This document shows, piece after piece, positions 39,001 through 41,735 of a stretch of 64,000 bases of DNA. The translations under genes were made by a program, and so were the position numbers. Under the pieces are notes generated by a model. It was not told the origin of the DNA and did no database searches. It saw only the letters and a program-made list of their open reading frames with translations. Numbering within the stretch: position 1 is the first letter of the stretch; each line of letters starts with the position of its first letter. This DNA is from Guillardia theta CCMP2712 (lineage: Eukaryota; Protista; Cryptophyta): assembly GCF_000315625.1 (NCBI RefSeq), contig NW_005434618.1, positions 207,038 through 271,037 of the forward strand, given 5' to 3'.

Positions 39001-39333
39001 AGAATGATCGCAAGGTCATGGCTGAGCATGGTACGCCACGATGGGAACAGGAGGAATACAGCTCTAGCAGATGTCAGTGATGACGATTCAAGTGAGTCAG
39101 AGGGCTTGAATATCGCCGGCATCAACGTCGGACCGAAGGCTCGAGCCATCGCAAAGCAATGGTTGAGGGAAGTTCGAAATTCTGGACGTATTCAAGGTGG
39201 CCAAGGGGGAGGTATCAGTGATGATGACAGCTCTTCAGACTCAAGCGAAGCTTCTATGATAAATCCTCCACCTCAGCTATCTAGCAAAGCTCGAGCGATC
39301 GCCCTAGCATGGTTGAGGAGTATCAGACAATAA
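1..39333 (+). CDS. Giant IPT/TIG-repeat, Cys-rich (GCC2_GCC3-like) multi-pass membrane protein; 5'-truncated by the window, with three frame breaks and two N gaps
   Basis: Frame 1 is open from base 1 (TKILCVSPP). ORFs 16-2622, 2492-3601, 3432-25397, 25379-28558 and 28583-37876 all encode the same ~90-aa repeat (P.V..V.PS.G...GGT.V.V.G..F......C.FG......SS....C..P.....V.VSNNG.DF). GT-AG introns 37817-37860, 38161-38212 and 38615-38691 join the last exons in frame (HGWK|VYDY, ALCK|WLHW, AAAK|LVAR). Stop TAA at 39331-39333. Confidence 0.85.
211..2555 (+). repeat. Dispersed near-identical duplicate block, copy 1 (partner 5115-8299)
   Basis: 211-1312 matches 5115-6216 (offset 4904) and 863-2555 matches 6607-8299 (offset 5744). 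Contains one full 825-bp unit plus a partial unit. Confidence 0.95.
3315..3584. other. Two assembly gaps (N runs 3315-3414 and 3470-3584) around a 55-bp island
   Basis: N characters in the sequence. Confidence 0.99.
3585..25397 (+). CDS. Main uninterrupted IPT/TIG-repeat coding segment of the giant gene (~7,270 codons)
   Basis: Single open frame from the end of the second N gap to the stop at 25395-25397; IPT-like repeats throughout. Confidence 0.9.
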   Translation, partial: HLQHRKCTINQLVPGRYTLKVSSEGTSFRDRNGPVLEVLPRSGRLLLWPTLGPVLGGTRIWLSFVDPMDYNEILVVKFGTIEVVGKLYNHSHILLVAPPSKARSPCVVQVQSSLPYPISTRYQYYLPPMVNGISPSVGHVGDSDIRIYISGTLFQPDLLRVRFGTETLDAKKTTFVTSTLLLCSAPIVYHERVVHVTFTVDGQEYLDGVEVSRFVYVKTPQVFEVVHNHCIRDEDLITVVGDSFSELSVSECRFAHRTTTRGFLMSSSAITCSVPQISYKQTLLNIVVDGRKIFKSEISKCQRDGVRIHPSLGPSTGGSQILVESQHQEMRPRDPVRCWFRQSVVQGRWIASNKVECISPPFSGLHNSTEAVTLSVISGSYKMESIFLYFVPSQIYDITPRTTYAGTSQTLTVIGQAFHGELVPSCIFNRLTRRSDVKTLSSTKLVCNVGNLQASNYFLTIEYKYTGNQSSTNPILIELLKPPQIESLTSEMKTSNPPIIQLRGKHFNPYQHRLDCWFGFRVSTPALYSSSTLVKCAVPKLLPGTVAVYLGDEQGIHGNSNGQYTVVSRGHVHAVEPSSGPVTGGTAVVMSVRGGAGFASAIFCRIGEGQVVQAQALSSSRILCTMPAVQKSGTVLIRAVEGAQGSSRGLEGEVRYVYYNEPVVTRVEPSSGALEGGTMLSLYGRGLEEGSNLTCRFGTGDAVAGRQETSTMATCVAPPRPVKDVVWLQVSLNGGADFSGSAVEYAYEAGATVDEVRPSAGDSGVDGQTVTVIGRHFGSGQGLSCLFGTRGRVRGMPMTSTAVVCVAPRGGPGAVGVSVSNNGVDEGQTRGGFVYSGDLKVIRKVTPSSGPLAGGTNVTIAVDGLRRAALSWTTERPLWCLFRGISENRNAVRGRALTTSLISCKSPTSLRAGETKIEIELSNHGPTLSIESAFVYYEGPEVSSVVPSIGRQTGGMVVSVVGQGLISRDPVCQFGPSIVQGKDVTSLSSSLLLCTTPASLLGSTVVRLQVSLNGGADFSGSAVEYAYEAGATVDEVRPSAGDSGVDGQTVTVIGRHFGSGQGLSCLFGTRGRVRGMPMTSTAVVCVAPRGGPGAVGVSVSNNGVDEGQTRGGFVYSGDLKVIRKVTPSSGPLAGGTNVTIAVDGLRRAALSWTTERPWGCVFGTSVVQAQALTTSLISCKSPTSLRAGETKMSLVDDLGNVVVKGKSAFVYYEGPEVSSVVPSIGRQTGGMVVSVVGQGLISRDPVCQFGPSIVQGKDVTSLSSSLLLCTTPASLLGSTVVRLQVSLNGGADFSGSAVEYAYEAGATVDEVRPSAGDSGVDGQTVTVIGRHFGSGQGLSCLFGTRGRVRGMPMTSTAVVCVAPRGGPGAVGVSVSNNGVEGETASGIVSVRYEYRSGMSAKSVVPSQGPSVGGTVVRVMLEGTIGGEDGTGEWLCVFGDSMSRGQLNVSSPDNASVACNLPPSMPSTVSVQVRRPSGQKLLGDLRFQYVLQARLISVSPSQGGAGGGSRVTITGEGIGREGLRCWFGDKAVEGRGVEWISSSLINCLVPDFGRVQQYIFVQVRWFDSYIQDSLLYHVLESHVSSIWPLAFCSKSNKQFINVLGVFMTRDFSCKFGADVVSAKVVSSSMLKCHVPPMVQSGPLQILSGDYILFEQWLVLVEFCSLEVIPSRVVDGHSSQITIFGLLNPTYIYRGQFNDMSIPVQFQKDHFVAVIPPLISFGGIYQFAVYDSIHNHTIGITSIEVFSPPTVSFIHPSCGQVKGEFAVGIYGAHFFNARVTIGSVVVPSKLMTSSLIRCVIPPVEIAGSYQLEVMFSKGNAVHNNSKVILLEKSPKIFGIHPNPIENPTLGKLLTVFGENLHSNLHCMYGNITTLALSSPSSSILQCSLPSLKVGVLSFSVSSTGYLDPNADHQSLLILFTNLRIVSVYPALLHSGYRNFVLLKIYPTKTIFSDNLFCLINDTEVSKASVLNSTVVSCELYPFVEGKVKISLCYKDHCDASNHANTISVIPPMKIHEVIPSIGPIGGNFRISIYGQHFIPNHVNCFFGNYQPLRNEWISSTLITCMASPMPPGRAHLQISTNHGGKLVASLAIEFVDQPVITAIQPTHVLLSSSSRQVVTLYGQHFIDKEMMLCRFGQRKTVRAQVVQDNKVLCVIPDDLQPGNSSVELVYHASVIISNPYAINFQESVAVYEFYPKRIKFRHQLITVIGTSFDTQQMTYCVFENAPKNKATTLSSTMLLCAVPSIKSISQFYLEMNGNVINSFGGNIYSESMEINFVFPSICATSKESIVTIYGKNFDVSDNFQCAFGNFVNFASVLSSTTFACRCPSASWSPDSSSLQIWRPEDPQNPTTFAIDLIPLPSVESKVIDVKICKHQHFFVSGSNFFKLSLLACRYNKKQTIKAFHISSTLISCSIPSTVTPISFLDVTNDGIHYSAEIVQISIDMTKYETILDLVPSIGFVSGGTRVYLQTSHPVRSEAFSHCVFGDASVVQVQKNAQDQYFCVTPAHKQGSVEVRVVQKDSSSYGGRQPGPSLSFLYVDEPEVTGIYPSLIKSGKQTLISITGRNLLMPEAFCSFGNTGSTRGRAMTSTLLTCMAPPMPPGRSYLQISPNQVDVFETSVIVSWRDLIVYSIRPSVVRNGEGTRVVVAGQFHECKELYCRFGSEQKSAAVYSSATAIICTTPSLQPGNHTVSVLCDGTWISSSYTQIQILHSDIVMSLIPSIGFVSGGTRVHLQTSHPVRSEAFSHCVFGDASVVQVQKNAQDQYFCVTPAHKQGSVEVRVVQKDSSSYGGRQPGPSLSFLYVDEPEVTGIYPSLIKSGKQTLISITGRNLLMPEAFCSFGNTGSTRGRAMTSTLLTCMAPPMPPGRSYLQISPNQVDVFETSVIVSWRDLIVYSIRPSVVRNGEGTRVVVAGQFHECKELYCRFGSEQKSAAVYSSATAIICTTPSLQPGNHTVSVLCDGTWISSSYTQIQILHSDIVMSLIPSIGFVSGGTRVHLQTSHPVRSEAFSHCVFGDASVVQVQKNAQDQYFCVTPAHKQGSVEVRVVQKDSSSYGGRQPGPSLSFLYVDEPEVTGIYPSLIKSGKQTLISITGRNLLMPEAFCSFGNTGSTRGRAMTSTLLTCMAPPMPPGRSYLQISPNHGGKLVASLAIEFVDQPVITAIQPTHVLLSSSSRQVVTLYGQHFIDKEMMLCRFGQRKTVRAQVVQDNKVLCIFPNLIYVGNMTVSVVDHSGFSSNEQQFVVLPSILIDRIVPSWSFADSGSLITIYAREFLSKILLTCNFGNRSVLVRTVSDTQSICAAPPADPENSTLLVYSYGILLKQFNFEYLRRPEIMQVVPSRVPANVRSQITIIGSSFTRDISHCFYISNQFIRTELISHSSIICSVPTFNETMTISLGIMYKKYVLPQTVDLQVVEMATLERVRPSVIQSYVRTTITLYGSGFDRNENCICKFSNSEQSAAMVISSSIIECLIYSELEGKRSVELFLEGSFVSTMIEVINSKNLILSIYPSSGPIQGNTFIPINVSCNSHFRCLFDGIGSASARDQNGTCGCLSPNAKLPGIHEFLVLNSSAIVSKRLKYQFYSTPIIRSIIPSSVSTFAGVYIDIIGSEFIPDHFAIFTHKPILAPCISSTHARVLMPSYSESIFHVLVSNNRGISLSPSDVIFAYTRPISIIDFSPKITTVGRIVDILILGENIINVDGLSCRFGFNQTSRAHFLSSSRVSCLFKSKVPGSFSLAISNNGYEFATSQSLVLVQDFGQVIELYPTSGPHSEATRIHVKLATYTNLDTTQLRCSFDGVRTAVLHGVNDSVTCLTPPRARLGISSFYLLNADVVMIQSTVYFYENPIVTSVFPSKISSSEETLITVYGREFIPFVTRMKIGDQQVKSNNLKYISSSSILCFVLQNEPTALQIFLSNNDFVNTVHTHTYLEFEKAPTVLRIHPTRTRLESKQQMLTVIGMHFERGVGLSCRFGREISTSTLYLSSTALRCIMPSLKAGTTSVTLQTGTDGGTRTEVGLPLVVEGISILAIRPSAGPIQGGASVTLVGNNLPSRLQSISFGPFSAKLSSVSSTLAVCLSPSATHSGPQPIYLDAEAVHGQIEGMKLAYEYYDLPSMSELVPSEGPPGGGAAVTVTGGGFSTVPALGCVFGDLEALDTIKPASVLTSSLLLCIAPSAPSTSGQTTYVELMDTRLRLTLTRSGLVFAFVRLAAIEKILPSGTSGGGLARAGSTLTILGRDFTTLGLYCKLGSHRMTMSAYVSSSVLLCPLPKTVTGRLSLVLSKEGLDFSNTAWVSIREHCRAESLLPSAGSVAGGTRVVVKTSPTSLKNVALSGVRCTFGDTAVPAVAVNESSSEVTCVAPSRWGSDPNRVRFILATRETGVEGCDGALLFEYQEVVRIQDVIPSRGSVRGGSFVDVVGSGFISSKTSCKFGDTMVHAWDEATASSSTSVRCRVPPAIGVGEVSVRVSVNGGTDYTDTSLTYLYELSATVQALRPSRALSGVAGQMTTVIGYHFHVDAEIRCRFGPLDVVNGKYLSSSLALCIIPMRAQGTVSLVIETPRGVEARGTALLELQSCPVNLMLRPSSGPVRGGTMIMLNQAYDPHWPMLNATCVIDGVSSKAETVGGSRFCISPPASAVGLSSLRMLGGDSVDFVTLSSAFLFYSDPAVSDILPSRGTIRGGTLVTLLGTGFLQVGLACRFGSEPAGTGPDARWLSSTMAVCLSPRATSPGRAALAVSLNAGADFSRSSLEYIYERDATVDRVLPSRGVGGVAGQVITVLGRHFERGEGLSCRFGRGRVERAEYMTSSTVLCLAGDLDIASEVVNIQVSNNGVDAWSEGLWYQDRASSVLQIKPSIGPAAGGNTVTIVGLHVDTSRPDLVQCVFDTVQIIAETRGSYTACVTPAHAGFGTINLTILRQSLVLARASYTYVHEPRVLRMVPSTGSVGSITQVSIFGMYLSLPGLRCRFGEAYTPVNQTLQLTSTLMQCYTPAVRDPGSVKVLLGLEGDWHSSEEQRFWYLPLPSVRRLSPSLAFPSPQGLVVTVLGEHFESGEALTCRFGDHQSISTTLISSTKLMCTLHEHKDTSSLLLTVSNDGSTYSLQGLPLHIQQPSILVACSPSIGPSSGGTVVTMEVTPELMPPAVGVGCMFGETIASQAQVFGSVIRCISPKVLVPGLVNISLIDQDTELELVAGAVPYLYFASPYVRSISPCIGSRSGGTLVHIAGTGFLLKGVSCRFGNATVDGDRARAITSTLVECVSPAAGEIGMSMVEVSFNGVDYTTDEISFMYKEDLTIHKIMPTQGRAGQSGQSLSLFGSFLDDGLRLVLGKTELLNCRILSGSMAMVTLPNLTPSTYALQVFSRSDLVSEIKYEILEQTLVISRVKPSIVHFTARTLVTIQGNSFDSAQISLCEVDGRSYVLENVSVSSQGIQFRMPIIPLGRKVVRLFSDGYGLPLINFTILVSPDPRIYEIRPSVFPTSGGTLAHVFGSDMLNYSILSFGKTLWPPTSFVSSTLLRTIVPPSNSGMYEVWISQAGGLQIDQSVKVLYATNPSIMRVLPSICTNEGRVQVTIIGKSFTKGLDWFCRFGLKNVVPGQFLSSSLLMCDAASHESGRVMVAVSFNRVDFTEGTVAIEYYKTLSLHSLVPSFGPRTRSSLISVFGSGFQAESALSCRFGHQSSLATVIHERLLICRTPSQNPGSVNFAVVNLLGFNLGGTSLEFEYTELCPILQVSPSSAAIVGGTEIKVILGCQYPQSALCRFGNLTAPAYFLTGSSLLCVTPQATPSTVNLDVVSEDTSSVSIATLFRFEHGARVYNVVPTSMMHSSPQSQVTVLGEHFAFSSTLGCRLGGRTLLQAYWVSSSFLTCPLVSFEPGNVTIEVTNNGHDYSQEYSYVCISPDEKLGITLYPTYGPTMGGTEITLVGVNVSAVRFGDVLSPCRRHRSSTLCIVPAHEVGLIQIQAQTAPQQESFPNAGFSYIDSPSLSLVFPSVVPQQERYLIKVMGSGLANELSYFCRFESDIQAPTRTPATIASSDVATCFTPSLVAGAYSMRLTCSEGVLISKTFLNVLSTPLPVVTKLLPSLHFSNSISMVTVLGKHFLKTDGLTCKVQKSVIRAVWIDNETLICQLPQLNFVGNATLEVSNNGVDFPMNSNILSVVSRTVLVAVEPSTVWGLQGATLTLTGNHIITESDVLCKFNVRKVSVALPISSTQVICKMPASLPGLVSVMLFSPATKANSNSVSVQITSGISIEDLPPAEPSSGPPAGGTQVYIKGEFLIDGTFACSFGNTRVTAALASSSLLKCVSPAGKSGCVQVSILEHVSGSVMPLAKTFCYENVAYIESIVPDRAHWRERVVLEVLGGVLLDTVNLCGRIGDTVMPCRWISSRKAKCLVTFPAPGSYSFEISNNCQDFSGRGAEFVAEDLTRIVGIKPTAGFSTGGSTILVSLKPKPTDLVQDWSKMRLMCQFNEQLSAAELVQGGTAAEHVRCLQPTCVPTESSDFRLLYQGSAFSDTISFACRDPSVAHSITPSFGPVGGGTRILVSGVGFTNASSCYFGVFKTSGYMVSSKLFVCIAPTALGRTQSLITTMGVTEVDDLFNSAKSSVLFQYEKPIVVSRIVPNVLMSSSTKQINVYGSGFRPGAIANCKFGVQVVQSIAVISSTRLLCSTPYLVNHQNISVEISNNGIDFSNSGLRISFTESKAVILNVYPSTIANGVSEVITITGSRSFSDDNIECRFGNESSLARQIEPTKILCYTPRFGQAGTISVEVVTVHRGLYDAVGMIAIVVKSAFHISAVIPTSGPTSGGTLVSIIGTNMPSGGFECKLRARGHLIEQMGITISSTVVLCNTPPVEKPSTYQLDFGEARQVQPVQFFYQYYLQPRVFHVTPTEGAAEGGTMVTLIGENFIPLQEVSFAFGESMSSSEVVSSTFVLCTAPTHEPANVSISLSVNFHDYTSSGASFHYLAPVDVLALFPSVGPTTGGTHVTIRGTKFLSSQEIVLMFGSLPVRGDIRAETGEASFAVPTSSARTGTGLIYVTLTSDLAMHTRQFTFQYIPAFHVDGALPSVTSLGLGRVITVTGHGFHQANKCLFPAEPLPAQTVLVSSTMLLCYFDGLTTGNHELSIALHHSIRSYKRDFAVKIVSFPSLTQLVPSAVPAYSTSLLTMIGSNFHSSDLLSCQAGLHLRQRAEYVTSSKAICEVPSIQPSNTSMTISNDGGTTMSQAMPVMMHAPVFIRAVHPSTILSSARAKITLYGSAFDSAQISLCEVDGRSYVLENVSVSSQGIQFICQEDC
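5115..8299 (+). repeat. Duplicate block copy 2, with internal tandem array (840-bp variant unit, 825-bp unit, partial unit)
   Basis: caggtgagcctcaacggaggcgcggac recurs at 5769, 6609 and 7434 (also 865 and 1690 in copy 1). Confidence 0.95.
9817..10036 (+). repeat. 220-bp dispersed duplicate (partner 12988-13207)
   Basis: ccaatcatggcggaaagctt...gacaacaaggttttgtg at offset 3171; one substitution seen (gttacg/gtgacg). Confidence 0.9.
10939..12994 (+). repeat. 792-bp tandem array (264 aa, three IPT domains), about 2.6 copies
   Basis: tcccaagcat at 10939, 11731 and 12523; identical shadow ORFs at 11023, 11815 and 12607. Confidence 0.95.
25286..25377 (+). repeat. ~92-bp exact dispersed duplicate of ~19748-19839
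   Basis: attcgattctgcacagatttcgc...gtcaagggatacaattta (FDSAQISLCEVDGRSYVLENVSVSSQGIQF) occurs at both sites. Confidence 0.9.
25379..28558 (+). CDS. IPT/TIG-repeat coding segment of the giant gene, containing the 819-bp array
   Basis: 1059-codon ORF with the same IPT consensus; starts in a different frame right after the pasted tract 25286-25377. Confidence 0.8.
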   Translation: MSGRLLINIRTSAKQYLANFAVLFEQSPMIFSHVPSSGPIDGGTVVNVHGKGFSVFSMYLCSFKWANDVVQTEKVTVISNSHLSCKTPASFYAEKVEFGLNLTWSGAMNRTIHFFQYYYRPSLIKLKEHFESQNVLHISFVGSGILESFVCKVGNRVGQASYISSTLGSCLVRQKMPGNLSFEISNNGYDFTDSGLRLAIWSQESFYIYPSTGSSSGGNFVTVHGFQFVKQIGFNGSLERTERLKNGTIIVKVPKSDSFGIVSVNAFDSDFSQANATTFYEYCDRILITQVRPSLIPSTGGTKIQVLLEPSTAKKQVYVMIGETAFETTIENTTINIKRVRLEPGLSHISVAFRETCLNLQSHKPIMVYEMPRLIQLVPNTVQITRKQTITCIGLDFFHSNSLTCKIGDTIGTSNWISSSLFTCVAPANKPGNVSFEVSNNGQDYTSSGLRFQVLARREWQLSPTRGPTAGGIEVTVIGFSLTDQSSITIRLAGTTVRVLSRGGNNLTFTLPEASDLNPGKVEVYMVDSRVRVDQGDFRVFEYVEGPRILSLQPSSGTVEGHTRVTVIGSYDLRGQAYCRFHMQSLSGQDETVTSSAVERLTSSTIVCATPPSVSPGSFFLQVSDDHGSSYSSNRAAFLFHPRVELQGVRPSRGYTSGSSLVTCIGSGFLDSADLQCRFGSVKQSRLGWLSSSLFTCVAPANKPGNVSFEVSNNGQDYTSSGLRFQVLARREWQLSPTRGPTAGGIEVTVIGFSRTDQSSITIRLAGTTVRVLSRGGNNLTFTLPEASDLNPGKVEVYMVDSRVRVDQGDFRVFEYVEGPRILSLQPSSGTVEGHTRVTVVGSYDLRGQAYCRFHMQSLSGQDETVTSSAVERLTSSTIVCATPPSVSPGSFFLQVSDDHGSSYSSNRAAFLFHPRVELQGVRPSRGYTSGSSLVTCIGSGFLDSADLQCRFGSVKQSRLGWLSSSLFTCVAPANKPGNVSFEVSNNGQDYTSSGLRFQVLARREWQLSPTRGPTAGGTILTVVGVEGQVAFRLDVGTVFAFYPAVGTTLPSPCRRRRT
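26633..28428 (+). repeat. 819-bp tandem array (273 aa, three IPT domains), about 2.2 copies
   Basis: agcagtctgtttacctgcgtggccccggct at 26633, 27452 and 28271. Confidence 0.95.
28497..28580 (+). repeat. ~84-bp out-of-frame pasted copy of part of the 819-bp unit
   Basis: tcgcgttttatcccgcggtggg...ggcaaggtagaggtgta is identical to ~26869-26952 and ~27688-27771. Confidence 0.9.
28583..37816 (+). CDS. Giant gene segment: last IPT domains, Cys-rich repeats, extracellular domain and first TM helices
   Basis: ORF 28583-37876, with the exon ending at donor GT 37817. IPT repeats to ~33260, Cys repeats 33269-34870, hydrophobic segments from ~36630. Confidence 0.9.
33269..34870 (+). other. Cys-rich GCC2_GCC3 / ephrin-receptor-like repeat region
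   Basis: Many C-P-x-G-x-[YF]-C units, e.g. CPAGSFCP, CAPGTFQNLVGQSSCKPCSTGFICP, CPPGYYCLAGT, CPAGTYRS...CIFCPTGTWS. Confidence 0.85.
36630..38260 (+). other. Polytopic membrane domain, about 11 hydrophobic segments
   Basis: Segments such as VAVYLVLYVFVGIGMVFFAAFFWSF, IILCFFITAMVGCILFEYSL, FVYFWVFGFVMIPFLLV, YYFVLSLATIGIGLLIMSL and MLPFVIVIMFALC. Counted by eye. Confidence 0.75.
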
Positions 39334-39910
39334 TAGTAATTGCATTACCTCATATTTTACATAGAATTTAAGAAAATTCAAAATAAATGATATTTAGAAA
39401 AACTTGTCGTCCGTGTTTGTTGGGTCCTGACGCCTGAATCAAATAAACTCAAAGGAATTTACAGAAGGTTTAGGGATAAATACACGCGCCAATTAGAAAT
39501 CATATTCCAGTTATAGCAGCCCCAATCATGTATCTTAGTCCAGGAATCATTACGATTATACGAATAACCTGTGAATTGTTTCAATTCATATGGAAAGTTT
39601 CTCAATCAAAAGAGCCTCACAATGCCATTCATTGGGACTATACAAATTGCTCTTACTCTCCTGATTCGCAGCATCTTCCATGTCCCACACAGTGTGGAGA
39701 AGCTTCTGAGTTGCCTAAATAAAAATCAATGTCATCACGTCCATTTCAGCACCATGACTGCGCATAGCTCCTGCAAACAGGGCCGCGCTTCACCTACCCT
39801 GAGCATGGCAAACATTTTTCCTCTCCTAAATGCGGACGATCCATGATTACTCAAAGTTAAGTTAAAAATCAGTACGAGCAATACCTGATTGTTTACTTAA
39901 CTACTTTGCC

Positions 39911-39950
39911 ACGGCGGCGCCGGCCGCCCGGCGCCCGCCGGGCCGCCGCG
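39911..39950. other. Short, almost pure G+C intergenic tract
   Basis: acggcggcgccggccgcccggcgcccgccgggccgccgcg in AT-rich surroundings, ~400 bp upstream of the 40360 gene. Confidence 0.6.
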
Positions 39951-40359
39951 ACAGACTCTGACAAACAGGCTGCTGAGAAATTGGCCGCTCAACTTGGCAA
40001 AACCGTGAAGTCAAGATTCGGGTGCGTACCGGTCTTTACTCAAACTTTTAAGTTCCGGTACTAGTTTTGGGAACAGCGGTTGGCAGGATGGGGTTTGGTT
40101 CTCGCTGTCTTTTCTCTTCTCGCCGTTCAACGTTTGGCATGCCAGTGTGCGACAGAGTCACCCGGGCCGATCTTTTCTCTAGTAGCCTCGTACTGATTTT
40201 TAACTTAACTTTGAGTAAGCAAACTGTAGAGGAGACTGGGCCTGACACTACAGGCTACTGTCCGCGGCTCACTGAGAACCATACTGATACTAAGTTTGAT
40301 GATCCTTTGCCGGGCCGGGGCCCCGGTGACTTGTCCGATCAACTGCCCATGGCGAAGAG

Positions 40360-41668
40360 ATGCAAGATGACGTGGAACGGATGACAGAAGAAGTTTACAG
40401 CGATGATTTCAGTGAAGAAGAGACCGAGAAACTCACGAGAAAGCAGGAGGTTATCGGAACGAAGTCACGGAGGCGGGCGACAATGAAGTTTGGCTCGTCA
40501 CATTTTCACCTTCCAGCATCAACAAGTGTTCCATCACAGGTCATTGTCCGATTGAGCTTGCTCTGTTTCTGAGAGCTATGTAGCCTAGAATATCGAACAT
40601 CGTAGAGGAGAGAATGCTTGCAAGAAGACTCATCGAGGAAGAGCGGAGACTCGCCGCAGCAAAAGCGATCATAGAGTGCAGAGCATCATCCAGAACACCG
40701 TTGGGTAATCCTCATGAATGTATTTGCATGATGAGTCAAAAGTGTAGTCAGGATGGCGATACGTGAAAGTGCACCGGAATTGCGAGAGACAATTCGAAAT
40801 CATGCGAGGCAATGAGTTTATGCTTCACAAAATTCGAAACGCTCGTTCGTCAGTAGACTGCCACCAGGACGGGAACGGACTGAACTTAGAGTATTCTAGC
40901 AGACACAGAAGGAATCAACTTCAGAACGACATAAAGTCTAGGAACAAAGACATGGAAGATCGATTAGCATCCATTGCGGTTCACTTGTACTATGTAAAAT
41001 TTTCCCTGACTAACTACCAAAAAGCCTGTCATCAGTAGGGACCAATTTCGGAAAAGGCAAGAACAGGCGGAAAATGTTGGACGGCTTCGTAGGTCGTTTC
41101 CCACTTTGCAACAGTACAGTGGATTACAAGCACCAAAGAGACATGATTCAACAACCTCAGCCCCTCGTCCGACAGTGAGCGAAGTCCTAAGCTTAGTCCC
41201 CTTGAGATGAGCGATGGTACAGATATCCAAAGAAGAGAAGGAGCCCATGGAGTTTTCGACTTGTCATCCATCGGGAACAGAGGAAGCGAATGCCTCGATC
41301 ATCTTCACTTTCACTGAGTCAGTGTTCGCAGAATCGGTCAATCAACTCACTCTCGCAATCGATTCGTTCGTCGCTCAGAGCACGGACAAAGAGCTTTGTG
41401 CAGAATCCGCGCTTGCAGGACAACATCATTACAAGGGTACTCTATTCAGGATCGTGGGACAATTAGGACTGACAACTCTCAGGAACATCAGAGGGATCTA
41501 GAAGCTCTGATCAATCCGAATCAAGAGGAGTGCGAGGAGGCCAATCAAATCTCACAAAGTTCGTCTGCTGACAACTCAACTCCCGAACCGAAAAATTCAT
41601 TAAAAAACGAGACCTCAGAAGGGGAAGGAACCACAGTGAAATTCATGTTCAAATTCAGTAAAAGATAA
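40360..41668 (+). CDS. Spliced hypothetical protein, possibly CFAP97/KIAA1430 (Hemingway)-like
   Basis: Intron 40540-40583 joins SVPSQ|PRISNIVEERMLARRLIEEERRLAAAKAIIE. A later exon reads ERQFEIMRGNEFMLHKIRNARSSVD...RRNQLQNDIKSRNKDMEDRLASI, resembling the doubled 'R..EI.REN..LL.KI' pattern of that family. Low-complexity tail; later exon boundaries not fully resolved. Confidence 0.45.
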
Positions 41669-41735
41669 TGTATTGGTGCGTAGACTCCACCTCATTCTCT
41701 AAATATTGCAGATTGAACATATTTGCCTTTGCGAT

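Noticed and set aside
1-39333. Naming the giant gene as fibrocystin/PKHD1, plexin or polycystin-1
   Set aside because: No PA14/G8, Sema, REJ or PLAT features recognised in the window, and the Cys-repeat plus multi-TM end differs.
39334-40350. Short ORFs or an RNA gene in the intergenic region
   Set aside because: No recognisable protein motif, tRNA cloverleaf or rRNA similarity seen.
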